Source of the DNA: a plasmid
DNA: 64,000 nt
Sequence record: NZ_CP040051.1
Strand: one strand, 5' to 3'
Positions 40,376 to 49,864 of the stretch are shown here, piece by piece (position 1 is the first letter of the stretch; each line of letters starts with the position of its first letter). The translations under genes and the position numbers were made by a program. The notes beneath the pieces are model-generated. The model had not been told where the DNA came from. It was given only the letters and a program-made list of their open reading frames with translations, and searched no databases.

Positions 40376-41125
40376 TTATCCGACCTGAATCTGACTCCAG
40401 TCTTCAATAGTTGAACTTGATTGTTCATCGAAAGACTCTTGATCAACGGGATTTTGGATTTGATCAATCGTTTCTTGTTTTGGTGAAGCTAAAGTGTATT
40501 CAGGGGTGGGTGAAAGAGCATTGGTATTTAGATCGTCTAAGATAGGTTTCTGTAGAGGATCTGGATGACTAGTTGCTGTAATCATAGTTTCGCTATGAAC
40601 ATAACTTTCTAAAAGTGCAAAGGCTCTGGTGCTTTCAGTATTGAAGCTGGATGCCATGATTTGAATATTCTGGAAAAACTTCGTTTCATTCGTAAGCTCA
40701 ATAAAATCATCAAGGAATGCAGAGATTCCCAATTCAAAAAATTGATTCTCAAGAGCTGCCAGTTCGTTGAAATTCCTATTAGTAACATACGTGTAATACA
40801 TAAAAAGTTTGTATGCCAACATATTGGACATTTCATATAAAGCGGTTAGGCAATAAAGCTCTCTTTGATATTGAGTTTTACCAGTAAGTGTTTTAACAAT
40901 CGCCTCATGATGAAAGTTAAGGGCAATTTTGCTCTCATTTTTTCCAACGGCTCCAATTAACTGAAGTGATTTAGTAGGATGAAAAAAGAAATATGAAATG
41001 AGATGTGCATAGAAGCTATGCACATCAATCTCTTTTATATTCTTAAACTTGTCCAAAAAATCACGTTGGCGCTTAGGTAGCTTGGCTAAACTAACAGAGA
41101 TTCTTAACCGGTGTTTTTGAGGCAT
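40376..41125 (-). CDS. hypothetical protein
   Basis: ORF downstream of the actin-like gene. Confidence 0.35.
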   Translation of the reverse strand: MPQKHRLRISVSLAKLPKRQRDFLDKFKNIKEIDVHSFYAHLISYFFFHPTKSLQLIGAVGKNESKIALNFHHEAIVKTLTGKTQYQRELYCLTALYEMSNMLAYKLFMYYTYVTNRNFNELAALENQFFELGISAFLDDFIELTNETKFFQNIQIMASSFNTESTRAFALLESYVHSETMITATSHPDPLQKPILDDLNTNALSPTPEYTLASPKQETIDQIQNPVDQESFDEQSSSTIEDWSQIQVG

Positions 41126-41138
41126 AAGTCACCTCAAA

Positions 41139-42197
41139 TCAAAGCTTCGAAATATACTTTGCACATTTATACATGCCACGTGCATTCGCAAATTCAGGCT
41201 GTTTTACAAGGTGCCAGTTATCATAGTTGAATCGTTTAAGTAGCTCGTCACCAAGCGTGATTGAACCTCCACCAACGAGCAACACTGCTCCTAGATCTTG
41301 ACCGTCTTGCACATTCACTTTGATAGAGTTTTCAATCTGATCAGTTATTTCAACCTTTGCAGCATTTAAGATTTTTGAAATATCGTGATCTTTCCCGCCA
41401 TGATTATAAATGCCGGTCTTCAAGGCTTTAGAGAGTCGCCAATCTGTAATATTTGAAGAAAGCCCGAAAAACTCCTTAAGATTTTGACTTACCTTATTTT
41501 TTAAAGTAATTATCCCTACATCTAGAGTGTCGCAGCGAGAAGCTTGCATGGTGCCGCCACGGGGATTAATCATTGCAATATCGGTAGTGCGACCACCAAT
41601 ATCGATAATTGCACAACCACCTTCCCATAAATCTTCATACATACTTGAGCGTTTGCCATTATCATCCATGAGAGCATCAAAATAAGCACATTGACCCTCA
41701 GAAAGAACGATATGGTTTAAAATTTGCAAAGGATCATTTTTTTTGTCGTGCTCATAAAGATTGTAAACAGTAGGGTTGTTAAAATCCTTATTAATCAATA
41801 GATTTTGAGTTTTGTCAGCAATCAACTTCTCATTTTTAGCTTTGTCTTTACCACCGTAGTACTGATTTAATGGTAAGCCAGTTGCAATTTTAAATTTACG
41901 GTATTGGCCATCAAAAGCTTGGTGAAGAGCATGGTGCACAAGTGCGACATTCGCATCACTTAGCGGATAATCTTCAGTACGTGTATCAATATGCTCTTTT
42001 GTAAATTCATCGACAGTAAAATACTTGCCATTAACGTGAATGATTTGTTTGTTTACTTCATCGGTATCACCAATAATGGTGCGTCCATTGGCGACTCGAC
42101 TTGGTAGACGAAAAGATTTACCCACTTCACCACAATAAATCTTGATTCCGTCATGGCCATCATCGACGCCAACTGTCAATGTTTTATAACCTTTCAT
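41139..42197 (-). CDS. actin-like ATPase of the ParM/StbA family
   Basis: Phosphate-1 'VGVDDGHDGIKIY', phosphate-2 'IIDIGGRTTDIA' and adenosine motif 'LLVGGGSITLG' are collinear with ParM. Confidence 0.6.
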   Translation of the reverse strand: MKGYKTLTVGVDDGHDGIKIYCGEVGKSFRLPSRVANGRTIIGDTDEVNKQIIHVNGKYFTVDEFTKEHIDTRTEDYPLSDANVALVHHALHQAFDGQYRKFKIATGLPLNQYYGGKDKAKNEKLIADKTQNLLINKDFNNPTVYNLYEHDKKNDPLQILNHIVLSEGQCAYFDALMDDNGKRSSMYEDLWEGGCAIIDIGGRTTDIAMINPRGGTMQASRCDTLDVGIITLKNKVSQNLKEFFGLSSNITDWRLSKALKTGIYNHGGKDHDISKILNAAKVEITDQIENSIKVNVQDGQDLGAVLLVGGGSITLGDELLKRFNYDNWHLVKQPEFANARGMYKCAKYISKL

Positions 42198-42212
42198 ATC
42201 TATTTCCTTTAA

Positions 42213-42479
42213 TTATTTGGGAGATTTAATTTTTCCGAAGAAAAAGCCGATAATGAGCTGGAAAAAATACTTGTATGGCATTTTTAAATAGTTCTCGATT
42301 AGCCAGCATATCGGGACAGCAAAGATGCCGACGATTATCGGAATTTTTGAAATATTCCAAAACAAACATCCGAAAGCGATAAGAAATAGGGCTATAGGGT
42401 TAATGCCTTTTAAACTAGGGTTATTTGAAGCTTTACCCCAATCAATGAAATTGTTGTTGTCTTCCATATCTAACTCCAA
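42213..42479 (-). CDS. small two-TM membrane protein, IcmT/TraK-like by size and position
   Basis: 88 aa; hydrophobic core 'IALFLIAFGCLFW...IIVGIFAVPICWLI'. Sits directly after the DotB-like ATPase. Confidence 0.4.
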   Translation of the reverse strand: MELDMEDNNNFIDWGKASNNPSLKGINPIALFLIAFGCLFWNISKIPIIVGIFAVPICWLIENYLKMPYKYFFQLIIGFFFGKIKSPK

Positions 42480-42481
42480 AA

Positions 42482-43771
42482 CTAGGCTATAAGGGCATCA
42501 AAGCCTTTTTTGCTGATGAGTCCCTTATTCAATAAATCTTTAGCCTGATTTTCAAAATTTGGTGATGAGTTTTCTGTACCTTGTGGATTGTCATTCATCA
42601 TCTTTCGAATGTATTGGATAACAAGTCCATACCCACCAGCCTGAATAGCCAGATCCAAAAGGTCATTACGAATGGATTTAGAGAAAAAGAGGTGTTCTCG
42701 TACACCTATTAATTTTCCCTCTGGCGTCTCAACGAGGCGCTGAGCAATAAATGCATGTGCTGTAGAGATAGTTTCGGTTAATTTACGATGTTGTTGGTCT
42801 GGTGGAACCAAATCCATGATACGAGGTAGTACGTTTGCAACATCGTTACTATGGATTGTTGACATAACGGGGTGTCCCGTCTTTGAGAGCTCAATTGCAG
42901 CAGAGAAAGATTCTTGGTCACGTAATTCAGCAACTAGTAGTAGTGCTGGTTTACGTCTCATTGCTTCTCTTACAGCTAGGCCAAAAGTCATGAAATGTTC
43001 AGGTATCTGACTTTGAACAATGATTGAATGCTTACTTTTAATACCGTCGTATCTGAATTCGATAGGTTCTTCAAGAGTAATAATATTGCCCTGAATATGT
43101 GTATCTTCTTCATATACGTAACGAACCATTGAAGCTAATGTTGTTGATTTTCCGTGACCAGTTTCACCAACAACATAAGTGATGCCTAGTCTCGGAATGG
43201 CTTTTAGAACGAACTCTTCAGTTAGGCCGATTTGATCATAGGTAGGTGGATCAGATGGAATAATACGTTGAACAATTTGAAAGGAAGAGTTGCCAGTTCT
43301 ATCATTACAGGCACTCACATTACAGCGGAAAATGATTTTCTCTTTTTCCACTGCATTCACATGTAACCAGCTTTCATCATTCTGTGTAGTTATATACCCT
43401 TTACCACTTTTCGAATTGCGATCTTGAAATGCGCTACAGTTATACGCGAAATTTAAACCTTTCCCTTTTTTAATTGAGCTTAGTGCTTCATTACCATTAA
43501 TAATGGTTAAAAACATATTAAGCTCAACATCTTTAAGGTTCTTCAGAGTTAATGCATAAAGCTTATTGTAACGACGAATGAGTATTGGTCTACCGGAGTT
43601 GATCAATACGTCACTCGCGTTAAAAGCATTAGCAACAGTTAAGATTTTACGCACATCTTCTTCAGAATTTATGCTGATGTTATCCAAATCAATTGTTTCA
43701 TGTCGCAACATTTGATAGGGGTGTTCAGCTTTGGGCTCTTCAGCGACGGTATCTCTAGCATAAACATTCAT
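42482..43771 (-). CDS. dotB: VirB11/PilT-superfamily secretion ATPase (DotB/TraJ-like)
   Basis: Walker A 'GETGHGKSTT'. Asp box. His box 'TGHPVMSTIHSN'. Confidence 0.7.
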   Translation of the reverse strand: MNVYARDTVAEEPKAEHPYQMLRHETIDLDNISINSEEDVRKILTVANAFNASDVLINSGRPILIRRYNKLYALTLKNLKDVELNMFLTIINGNEALSSIKKGKGLNFAYNCSAFQDRNSKSGKGYITTQNDESWLHVNAVEKEKIIFRCNVSACNDRTGNSSFQIVQRIIPSDPPTYDQIGLTEEFVLKAIPRLGITYVVGETGHGKSTTLASMVRYVYEEDTHIQGNIITLEEPIEFRYDGIKSKHSIIVQSQIPEHFMTFGLAVREAMRRKPALLLVAELRDQESFSAAIELSKTGHPVMSTIHSNDVANVLPRIMDLVPPDQQHRKLTETISTAHAFIAQRLVETPEGKLIGVREHLFFSKSIRNDLLDLAIQAGGYGLVIQYIRKMMNDNPQGTENSSPNFENQAKDLLNKGLISKKGFDALIA

Positions 43772-43783
43772 AAGCTGTTTCTT

Positions 43784-44602
43784 TTATTGTTGAGTTTCAA
43801 TCGCAACAGGTGTTTCAACCGGATCCTTAACGACTGAACGTTCTTTGATGCTTAAAATTCGGCTATTCCACAATTTAGTGTTGTTCACAAATTGAGGTAA
43901 AGAAGTAATCTCAAAGTTGGTCTGGTTCAACATAAGTGTATTGCCGTTACCAGTAAGGGCGATATCACGACGAGCAATTGCTGGCATCGTAATTTTCCCG
44001 TCCATGACAAAACGATGGAATGCAATCATTCCTTTATATGTTTGGTTGAGACGGTTTAATTGATGCTTGAAAATAGCGTCTGCTTCACGAACACCATCTT
44101 CAATTCCTTTATTCATTGCTTCTTTAAAAGCACGTTCTTCGGCACTATTTTTGGGTTTTAACTCGTTAGGTAAGGCGTCCACACCGATTTCATAGCTCTT
44201 CACATTAAACTGTAAAAAGTCACGCCAGTTTGGTGGGGTATGTGAGAAACGAGCATTTTCTTTAATTTCATAGCGGACGCCAAGCACTGAAAGTGTACGA
44301 GGGTTTTGAACATCACTAATATTGTTTGCCTGAACAATGACAGGGGGAACAACAACAGTATTAATCATTAAACGCTGAAAGTCGTAAATAGAATCAAGCT
44401 TTCGTACATTGTTTGGGTTGTAAACGACTTTATCAATTTCAGTCAGACGAGCACGTAATGCATTTCGTGTAGCTGCTTCATGTACTAGTGTTTTGATTGA
44501 TTCAAGTCGAGCTGAGCTTTCAGCTTGTTTTGCAGAGTCATCTTGAGAAATGATGATTGGTGATTGCTGCAAGTAATATTGGTAATTAGGTAAATCTGCC
44601 AT
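43784..44602 (-). CDS. dotC: DotC/TraI-like T4BSS core protein; lacks an N-terminal lipoprotein signal as annotated
   Basis: 'LDSIYDFQRLMINTVVVPPVIV' and 'HTPPNWRDFL' resemble conserved DotC blocks. Sits between the DotD-like and DotB-like genes. Confidence 0.5.
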   Translation of the reverse strand: MADLPNYQYYLQQSPIIISQDDSAKQAESSARLESIKTLVHEAATRNALRARLTEIDKVVYNPNNVRKLDSIYDFQRLMINTVVVPPVIVQANNISDVQNPRTLSVLGVRYEIKENARFSHTPPNWRDFLQFNVKSYEIGVDALPNELKPKNSAEERAFKEAMNKGIEDGVREADAIFKHQLNRLNQTYKGMIAFHRFVMDGKITMPAIARRDIALTGNGNTLMLNQTNFEITSLPQFVNNTKLWNSRILSIKERSVVKDPVETPVAIETQQ

Positions 44603-44643
44603 AGTCTTAATCCTTATCTTTATTTAAATGACGGTTCATTTGA

Positions 44644-45114
44644 TTAACGATGGATCAATGTGATTGTTTTATCATTTTCATCTACAGCAACAGTTGCAGA
44701 GTTACCAAGTTGTAAGCCAACATCTTTAATGAGATCAAATCCCGTTAATTTGCGTTTGCTAAAGTTTACGATTGGGAGCTGATGAATGTTACCAGCTTCA
44801 ATAAAGCGATATCCGAAGTGATAAGCTGCACTTTGAAGGAGGGTCTGAGGTTCCCCGACATAGTCAACACGAATAACGTCAGTTCTAAAGCTACGTTGAC
44901 GTAAAGCTAAATCTTCGTTAAAGGCTTTTTTATCTAACGCATAAGTTTGTTGTTCAGCTACAGCATCTTGAGCCGCTTGACTCAAAATACCTAAAGGCGA
45001 TTCAACATCAAATTTAGGGCTTGGAACGTAGTAGTAGCTTTGGCATCCAGTCAAAGTGGCAACAGAGATACAAAGGACAGTGAGTGAACGACGAATTGAA
45101 GGTACTATTTTCAT
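44644..45114 (-). CDS. dotD: DotD/TraH-like lipoprotein
   Basis: Lipobox 'LTGC' after the signal peptide. 'AAYHFGYRFIEAG...PIVNF...LIKDVGLQLG' pattern as in the DotD secretin-N0-like domain. Confidence 0.55.
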   Translation of the reverse strand: MKIVPSIRRSLTVLCISVATLTGCQSYYYVPSPKFDVESPLGILSQAAQDAVAEQQTYALDKKAFNEDLALRQRSFRTDVIRVDYVGEPQTLLQSAAYHFGYRFIEAGNIHQLPIVNFSKRKLTGFDLIKDVGLQLGNSATVAVDENDKTITLIHR

Positions 45115-46050
45115 AATTACACCTAGTGTTTGCTATTGTTAGTAGAAGTGCTCAAGGCAGCTTCGGCTTGTAGCAACAAGTATAAATTCTAAATTTTAAA
45201 AAATATATAGTATTAAAAAATAAAAACGCAGAATAAGCGGTCTTGAGTTCATATAAGTTGCGAACTAAAAACGTCATATCAAAAGTTATTGCTAGTTGAG
45301 CTAGTAAGGTTAATTTGTGAACAGTTTCTAATACGAGAAAAGACGAAAATTCTTTAAAAAATCAAAAAAACGATTAATTTGATCTTAAAAGTATGAAATG
45401 TAATGAATAAAAAGAATTTATTTCCAAATAATCTTGAAAACTTGTAGTTAAATTTAAATAAATCTACAAATAAGAAAAACAGATTAAATATTTGGACAAA
45501 AGTCGACAAGTCTAACGTCTAATTAAAATCAAAATAGAAATTTTTATAATGTAAAGCGTAGTATATAACATGGAGAAATTTATAGAATTATTTGATTTTA
45601 TTAATATTATTTTATTATTTTAATGAAAATAACTGATATAAGATATAATTTTTATTCCAATAATATAAGTATGAATAATATTCTATATATTTTATAGAAA
45701 TGAATATTGTTAAAAAATAAAATTTCTTATTTTTTCAATTAAGAAAATAAAGACCATTTAACTTTTTCTATTTATGTAAATAAGATTTAAAAAAATAATT
45801 AACATGTAGCATCACGTGAATGGTTGAAAGTTATATCAAGTTAAATGCTAATGAATGTACTTAGTATCTGCTTAAAAGTGGAATTTAATAAAGTTAAGGA
45901 TGGGTAACGAGCAAGGAGTGTTGCAAACGGTAAGTTTTTAAGCAAAACTGCAATCTGATGAGACATGATCTAGATCGAAGTGAAAGCAGTTGAGCAACAC
46001 TCCGTATCTGATAGGTGTAATAAATTTAAAATTATCGTGGTGTTTGAATT
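45115..46050. other. approximately 930-bp non-coding region with an extremely AT-rich core, about 45180..45900; candidate oriT/oriV or divergent control region
   Basis: No ORF longer than 60 aa. Long A/T runs. Contains a TCACGTGA palindrome and, at its right edge, a structured element (see next feature). Confidence 0.3.
45915..46003 (+). promoter_or_regulatory. 10-bp inverted repeat (GGAGTGTTGC / GCAACACTCC) enclosing a GATCTAGATC palindrome, immediately upstream of the recombinase gene
   Basis: Arms at 45915..45924 and 45994..46003. Perfect palindrome at 45967..45976. Confidence 0.4.
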
Positions 46051-47955
46051 ATGAAGGCTGGCTCGGAATTAGAATTCAATGCAAAAAAATATCCAAAAAG
46101 TATTAAAGGCTTGGAGACACGTGTATTTGATTATTCTGAGAAAACAATAATCAGATATACCAATGTTTGGAAAAAACTTTTAAAACAATATGGGTTAGAA
46201 GATCAAGTTTTGGTAAATCCAGAATATACGCTGGAAACAGTAGTAAATAATCTTATTTCTGAATATGGAAATAATGAATTGCGAAACTCCACTTTTAGAC
46301 ACTATCGATCTGCACTTATTCATCGTATGGGGGTGATCTTGAGTGAACAAAAGAGGGATGGTGAGAAGCTTGTAGCATTGCCTAAGCTGGCAAGACTTTT
46401 TGAAAGTTTGAAAGCAGTTGAGGCGACTGATGATAAAAAACAGCCGAACCGATCTAGCAGTTCGAAGCTCAAGTACTTTCCAAAAGATCTTTATGAATTT
46501 GTGTTAGGCAGCAGTTTTAATTTGAACAGGTCTAATTTGGGGTTGATGTTAAAGCTGTTTATAGAAGCAAATACTATGATTGGATTGAGGCCAGTGGAGT
46601 GGCAAAGCTTAAGGTTGGCATGTGATGTTGAAGAGAGATGCTTATCTCTTGTGGTCGATAATGCAAAAAATACTCAGGGTAGAGCGAACGGCGACATAAG
46701 GATTCTTAATATGATTGAGCCTGATCCAATCAAGCTTAAGAATCAATTAAGGGCAATACTTGGGTTTAAGAGATTGCTCGATTTAGAACTGGAGGCAAGA
46801 GCTAGAAAGTTCTTAACTGAAAGAAGTAGAGAGACTAATGAAACTTATAAAATTTACATCGCAAGTAAAGAGCCAGACAGTTTTGAATTTGAGTTCATTC
46901 ATTGGAAAGGTTCCCAAACCGTTAACTGTATAGAAGCCGTAAACTGTATAAAACCTGAGAATGGAACTGGAGAAACCGTAAACTGGATTTCTACTGAAAA
47001 CGAACTTGAGCAAAATATTGAAGATAGAACAAACGGCGCATTACCTTCCATAAACGGACCAGATACCGTAAACAGAATATCGTCCGGACATGGCCAGAAT
47101 ACGACTGACGGCAATAAAGCTGGCGGTAGTGAATTTAACTATGAGCGAGTGATTGAAGACGGCGCTCATTCTTCCGTAAACGGAATAAATACCGTAGACA
47201 GAATATGGGCCGTAGACGGAATAAATAAAGTTGATGGGAGTGATCACGGCGCATTACCTTCCGCGAACGGACCAGATACCGTAAACGGAATAAAGGCCAT
47301 AGACGGAAATAATACAGTTGATGGAATTAACGCCGTTGCCGGAATAAAGGGGGGTGGGACAAATCAAGCCATTTCTACTGCTTCTACTGCGCCAGCTCCA
47401 GAGTTGACCGACTTCGGATTTAATTCAGTTGCCGGAGAAATACAGCAAACTGGTAGAAATACCGATCACGGAAAAATGGCTGCCTTATTGGGTGCTTATA
47501 ACGCCGTGGTAATTGAAAGTTATGTTGATCGTTATGGCACGATTCAATATGCACTATGTCAAAGTGTGATGGATTCATTGCAACGTAAATTAAAAGATAT
47601 GAGCAATGAATTTTATGAAAAGAAAAAGTTTGGTTTACCTGAAGAGTTAGCTTCAAATAAAGCAAATGCTACGATTTACAGTACACGCCATCAAGCGGTA
47701 GCTAATCGAAAAAAATATAAGTGGAAAGAAGAAGAGGTCGCAGGTTGGTTTGGGCATGCAAGTGTTCAAACGGCGTCAAGACACTATGGTGTGGCTGGTA
47801 AAGGTTGGGGGGATAAACCTATGTTTAGAACTTCGAAATTTAGTCTTGAAAAAGTCAGAATGAGAGAGCAGCAAGTTAATCAAACCAAACAGCTCACGGA
47901 AGAAGATGTATTAAATTCGGTTTTATCTGATAAAGATTTAGATGATCTATTGTAA
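46051..47955 (+). CDS. tyrosine site-specific recombinase (integrase) with an internal repeat insertion
   Basis: C-terminal 'FGHASVQTASRHYG' (LGHxxxxxTxxY catalytic Tyr box). 'STRHQAVANR' (HxxR). 'LRPVEWQSLRL' (box I Arg). Confidence 0.65.
   Translation: MKAGSELEFNAKKYPKSIKGLETRVFDYSEKTIIRYTNVWKKLLKQYGLEDQVLVNPEYTLETVVNNLISEYGNNELRNSTFRHYRSALIHRMGVILSEQKRDGEKLVALPKLARLFESLKAVEATDDKKQPNRSSSSKLKYFPKDLYEFVLGSSFNLNRSNLGLMLKLFIEANTMIGLRPVEWQSLRLACDVEERCLSLVVDNAKNTQGRANGDIRILNMIEPDPIKLKNQLRAILGFKRLLDLELEARARKFLTERSRETNETYKIYIASKEPDSFEFEFIHWKGSQTVNCIEAVNCIKPENGTGETVNWISTENELEQNIEDRTNGALPSINGPDTVNRISSGHGQNTTDGNKAGGSEFNYERVIEDGAHSSVNGINTVDRIWAVDGINKVDGSDHGALPSANGPDTVNGIKAIDGNNTVDGINAVAGIKGGGTNQAISTASTAPAPELTDFGFNSVAGEIQQTGRNTDHGKMAALLGAYNAVVIESYVDRYGTIQYALCQSVMDSLQRKLKDMSNEFYEKKKFGLPEELASNKANATIYSTRHQAVANRKKYKWKEEEVAGWFGHASVQTASRHYGVAGKGWGDKPMFRTSKFSLEKVRMREQQVNQTKQLTEEDVLNSVLSDKDLDDLL
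46915..47352 (+). repeat. in-frame degenerate tandem DNA repeat inside the recombinase gene
   Basis: Repeated 'ccgtaaacgg(a/t)ata' units encode the T/D-V-N/D-G/R-I peptide repeats. Contains a near-identical 42-bp direct repeat at 47031..47072 and 47245..47286. Confidence 0.55.
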
Positions 47956-48038
47956 ATAAAATTGCATTCAGGTATTTTTAAAAATAGATATATCTTTTTT
48001 TAAAAATACGGTGGCTGGTATGCTGTTCGATACAAAAA

Positions 48039-48221
48039 TTGCTTTATTTTGTGGTTTGCTTGGTGGCATTTACAGTGCTATTGCCTACTTTGAATACCTA
48101 TTTTGAAATCCCTAATGTTGAACTATATGAGAGTATGAAAGCGAGACTTTTGCTGGCGGCTATCATCATTGCTGTGATTAGTGGGCCACTCTCATTTTTT
48201 TATTATTTATACGGCGGTTGA
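48039..48221 (+). CDS. small membrane protein (weak)
   Basis: 60-aa ORF with two hydrophobic segments. Confidence 0.25.
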   Translation: MLYFVVCLVAFTVLLPTLNTYFEIPNVELYESMKARLLLAAIIIAVISGPLSFFYYLYGG

Positions 48222-48227
48222 GCAGCA

Positions 48228-48560
48228 ATGAAGATACCTCTAATCATAATTGTGGTTTTATGCACTTTATATTTTTTAAATCTTTCATTGAAATCAAATA
48301 TGAAAGACATTCACAAAAACGAGATCAGCGATAAAGCGTATTTTCGTTTGAGTAGTGAATATAACTACATCAAGGAAAGTCCTGCTGGTGATGAAATGAG
48401 AGCTAAGATCATCAATGGCTTAGTGGATGGGATGATAGATGGTAACGAATATAAATCTATTATTGGAGAAGAGCCTGACTATGATCTTAGTACTGATGCT
48501 GAAAAAGCAACATACAAAGAGGCAAAACAAAAATTTATTGATGAATTTAAACCTTCATAA
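48228..48560 (+). CDS. small N-terminally TM-anchored protein, paralog A
   Basis: N-terminal TM helix. The C-terminal 'YKEAKQKFIDEFK' block is shared with the 48576 ORF. Confidence 0.4.
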   Translation: MKIPLIIIVVLCTLYFLNLSLKSNMKDIHKNEISDKAYFRLSSEYNYIKESPAGDEMRAKIINGLVDGMIDGNEYKSIIGEEPDYDLSTDAEKATYKEAKQKFIDEFKPS

Positions 48561-48575
48561 ATAGAGGCCATATTA

Positions 48576-48902
48576 ATGAAAAAGCTTTTTATAGGGCTTG
48601 TAATAATAGTAATTGCGCTGATCATCGTTACACAATACTTCAAAGCTAGAAGTTACAAAGTTGAAGTTGATGATAAGGGTTACTACATACTCAATGAAAT
48701 GTATGAGCATGTTAAAAATAGTAAGGCTGGAGATGAGCTTGAAATACGGCTTCACACGGCGTTGGATGATGGGATTATCACTCAGGCTGAATATACATAC
48801 CTCACGGACTCTGAATTGCCATCGATGGCAGTTCAAGCCAGTGATAAAGAATATAAAGAAGCCAAGCTAAAAATTTTGAAAGAGTTCAAAAAAGTTTCAT
48901 AA
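48576..48902 (+). CDS. small N-terminally TM-anchored protein, paralog B
   Basis: 'LDDGIITQAEY...YKEAKLKILKEFKK' is parallel to the 48228 ORF. Confidence 0.4.
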   Translation: MKKLFIGLVIIVIALIIVTQYFKARSYKVEVDDKGYYILNEMYEHVKNSKAGDELEIRLHTALDDGIITQAEYTYLTDSELPSMAVQASDKEYKEAKLKILKEFKKVS

Positions 48903-48950
48903 ATGAAAGTTTGTATCTATAGAACAGCTTAGATCCGTTCTCGGACTAAC

Positions 48951-48987
48951 ATACAGTAAACGGTATTAGTGACGGTAACGGATAAAG
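48951..48987 (+). repeat. intergenic repeat unit R1 (ATACAGTAAACGG...ACGGATAAAG family)
   Basis: 'atacagtaaacggtattagtgacggtaacggataaag'; follows a degenerate operator copy at 48893..48910. Confidence 0.5.
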
Positions 48988-49040
48988 TGACTAAGACAAA
49001 TTAATCTTAGACATAACATGATATTTATTGGAGACTTTAA

Positions 49041-49487
49041 ATGATAGAAAACTCACCTATCCCACTAATTGATAAATTAGTAAAAGAAAAAAATTTTGTT
49101 CTTCTAACTTGGGATGCTCGCTATTCCAGTGGGGCATGGGCATGTTGTTTGCCTTATCTTAATCAATGTGAAGTTGTTTATGAGGCTTCTGAAGATGGTG
49201 ATACTCTGATGATCCCTAAAATGGAATATTTACTTAATACTAATTGGCTTCCCATTATGGATGGCTCAAGCGCTATGGATGCCTTAGAAAAGTTAGAGAC
49301 TCGTTTAGCAACATTGCCAACTGATTTTCTTGCTGACAATGATTGGATTAATGCAACTGATGAAGCCATAAATTATTTAAGTAGAATTTCAAAAAAGTAT
49401 GAAGATGATGATGGTGGAATGGATGGAAAACTAAAACCTCTACCTATTGACTACAGAGAGATTAAGTTTCCTCAAGGCTTGTCCTAA
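49041..49487 (+). CDS. hypothetical protein
   Basis: ORF. Confidence 0.35.
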   Translation: MIENSPIPLIDKLVKEKNFVLLTWDARYSSGAWACCLPYLNQCEVVYEASEDGDTLMIPKMEYLLNTNWLPIMDGSSAMDALEKLETRLATLPTDFLADNDWINATDEAINYLSRISKKYEDDDGGMDGKLKPLPIDYREIKFPQGLS

Positions 49488-49488
49488 A

Positions 49489-49524
49489 TCAGTAAACGGT
49501 ATAAACGCCGTGGACGGATAAAGG
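49489..49524 (+). repeat. intergenic repeat unit R2
   Basis: 'atcagtaaacggtataaacgccgtggacggataaag'. Confidence 0.5.
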
Positions 49525-49561
49525 CTCTCCCCAATAGACTTAACTTATATAGGTGGCTTAA

Positions 49562-49864
49562 ATGAAAACAGATGATGTTATTGAACACATCGAAAATCAA
49601 AATGTGACAGCAGTAGAATTACTCGATGAGTTTGATCCGAACTTGCAATTCAAATTCGCAAAAGCAATGACGGCGTTAAAACAGATTATTGATGATGTTC
49701 GGATTCTTTATCCAGATGCCTCTTACTACATTCAAGATGATGCTTTTTATCTAATGCTAGGAGATAGCCATTCTGGTGATCATAAACAGAATGCAAATAC
49801 AAATTTAATTGCATTGACTGATAATCATAAATTGGCAGGGTGTATCTCTGGTGGAGGATTCTAA
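49562..49864 (+). CDS. hypothetical protein
   Basis: ORF. Confidence 0.3.
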   Translation: MKTDDVIEHIENQNVTAVELLDEFDPNLQFKFAKAMTALKQIIDDVRILYPDASYYIQDDAFYLMLGDSHSGDHKQNANTNLIALTDNHKLAGCISGGGF

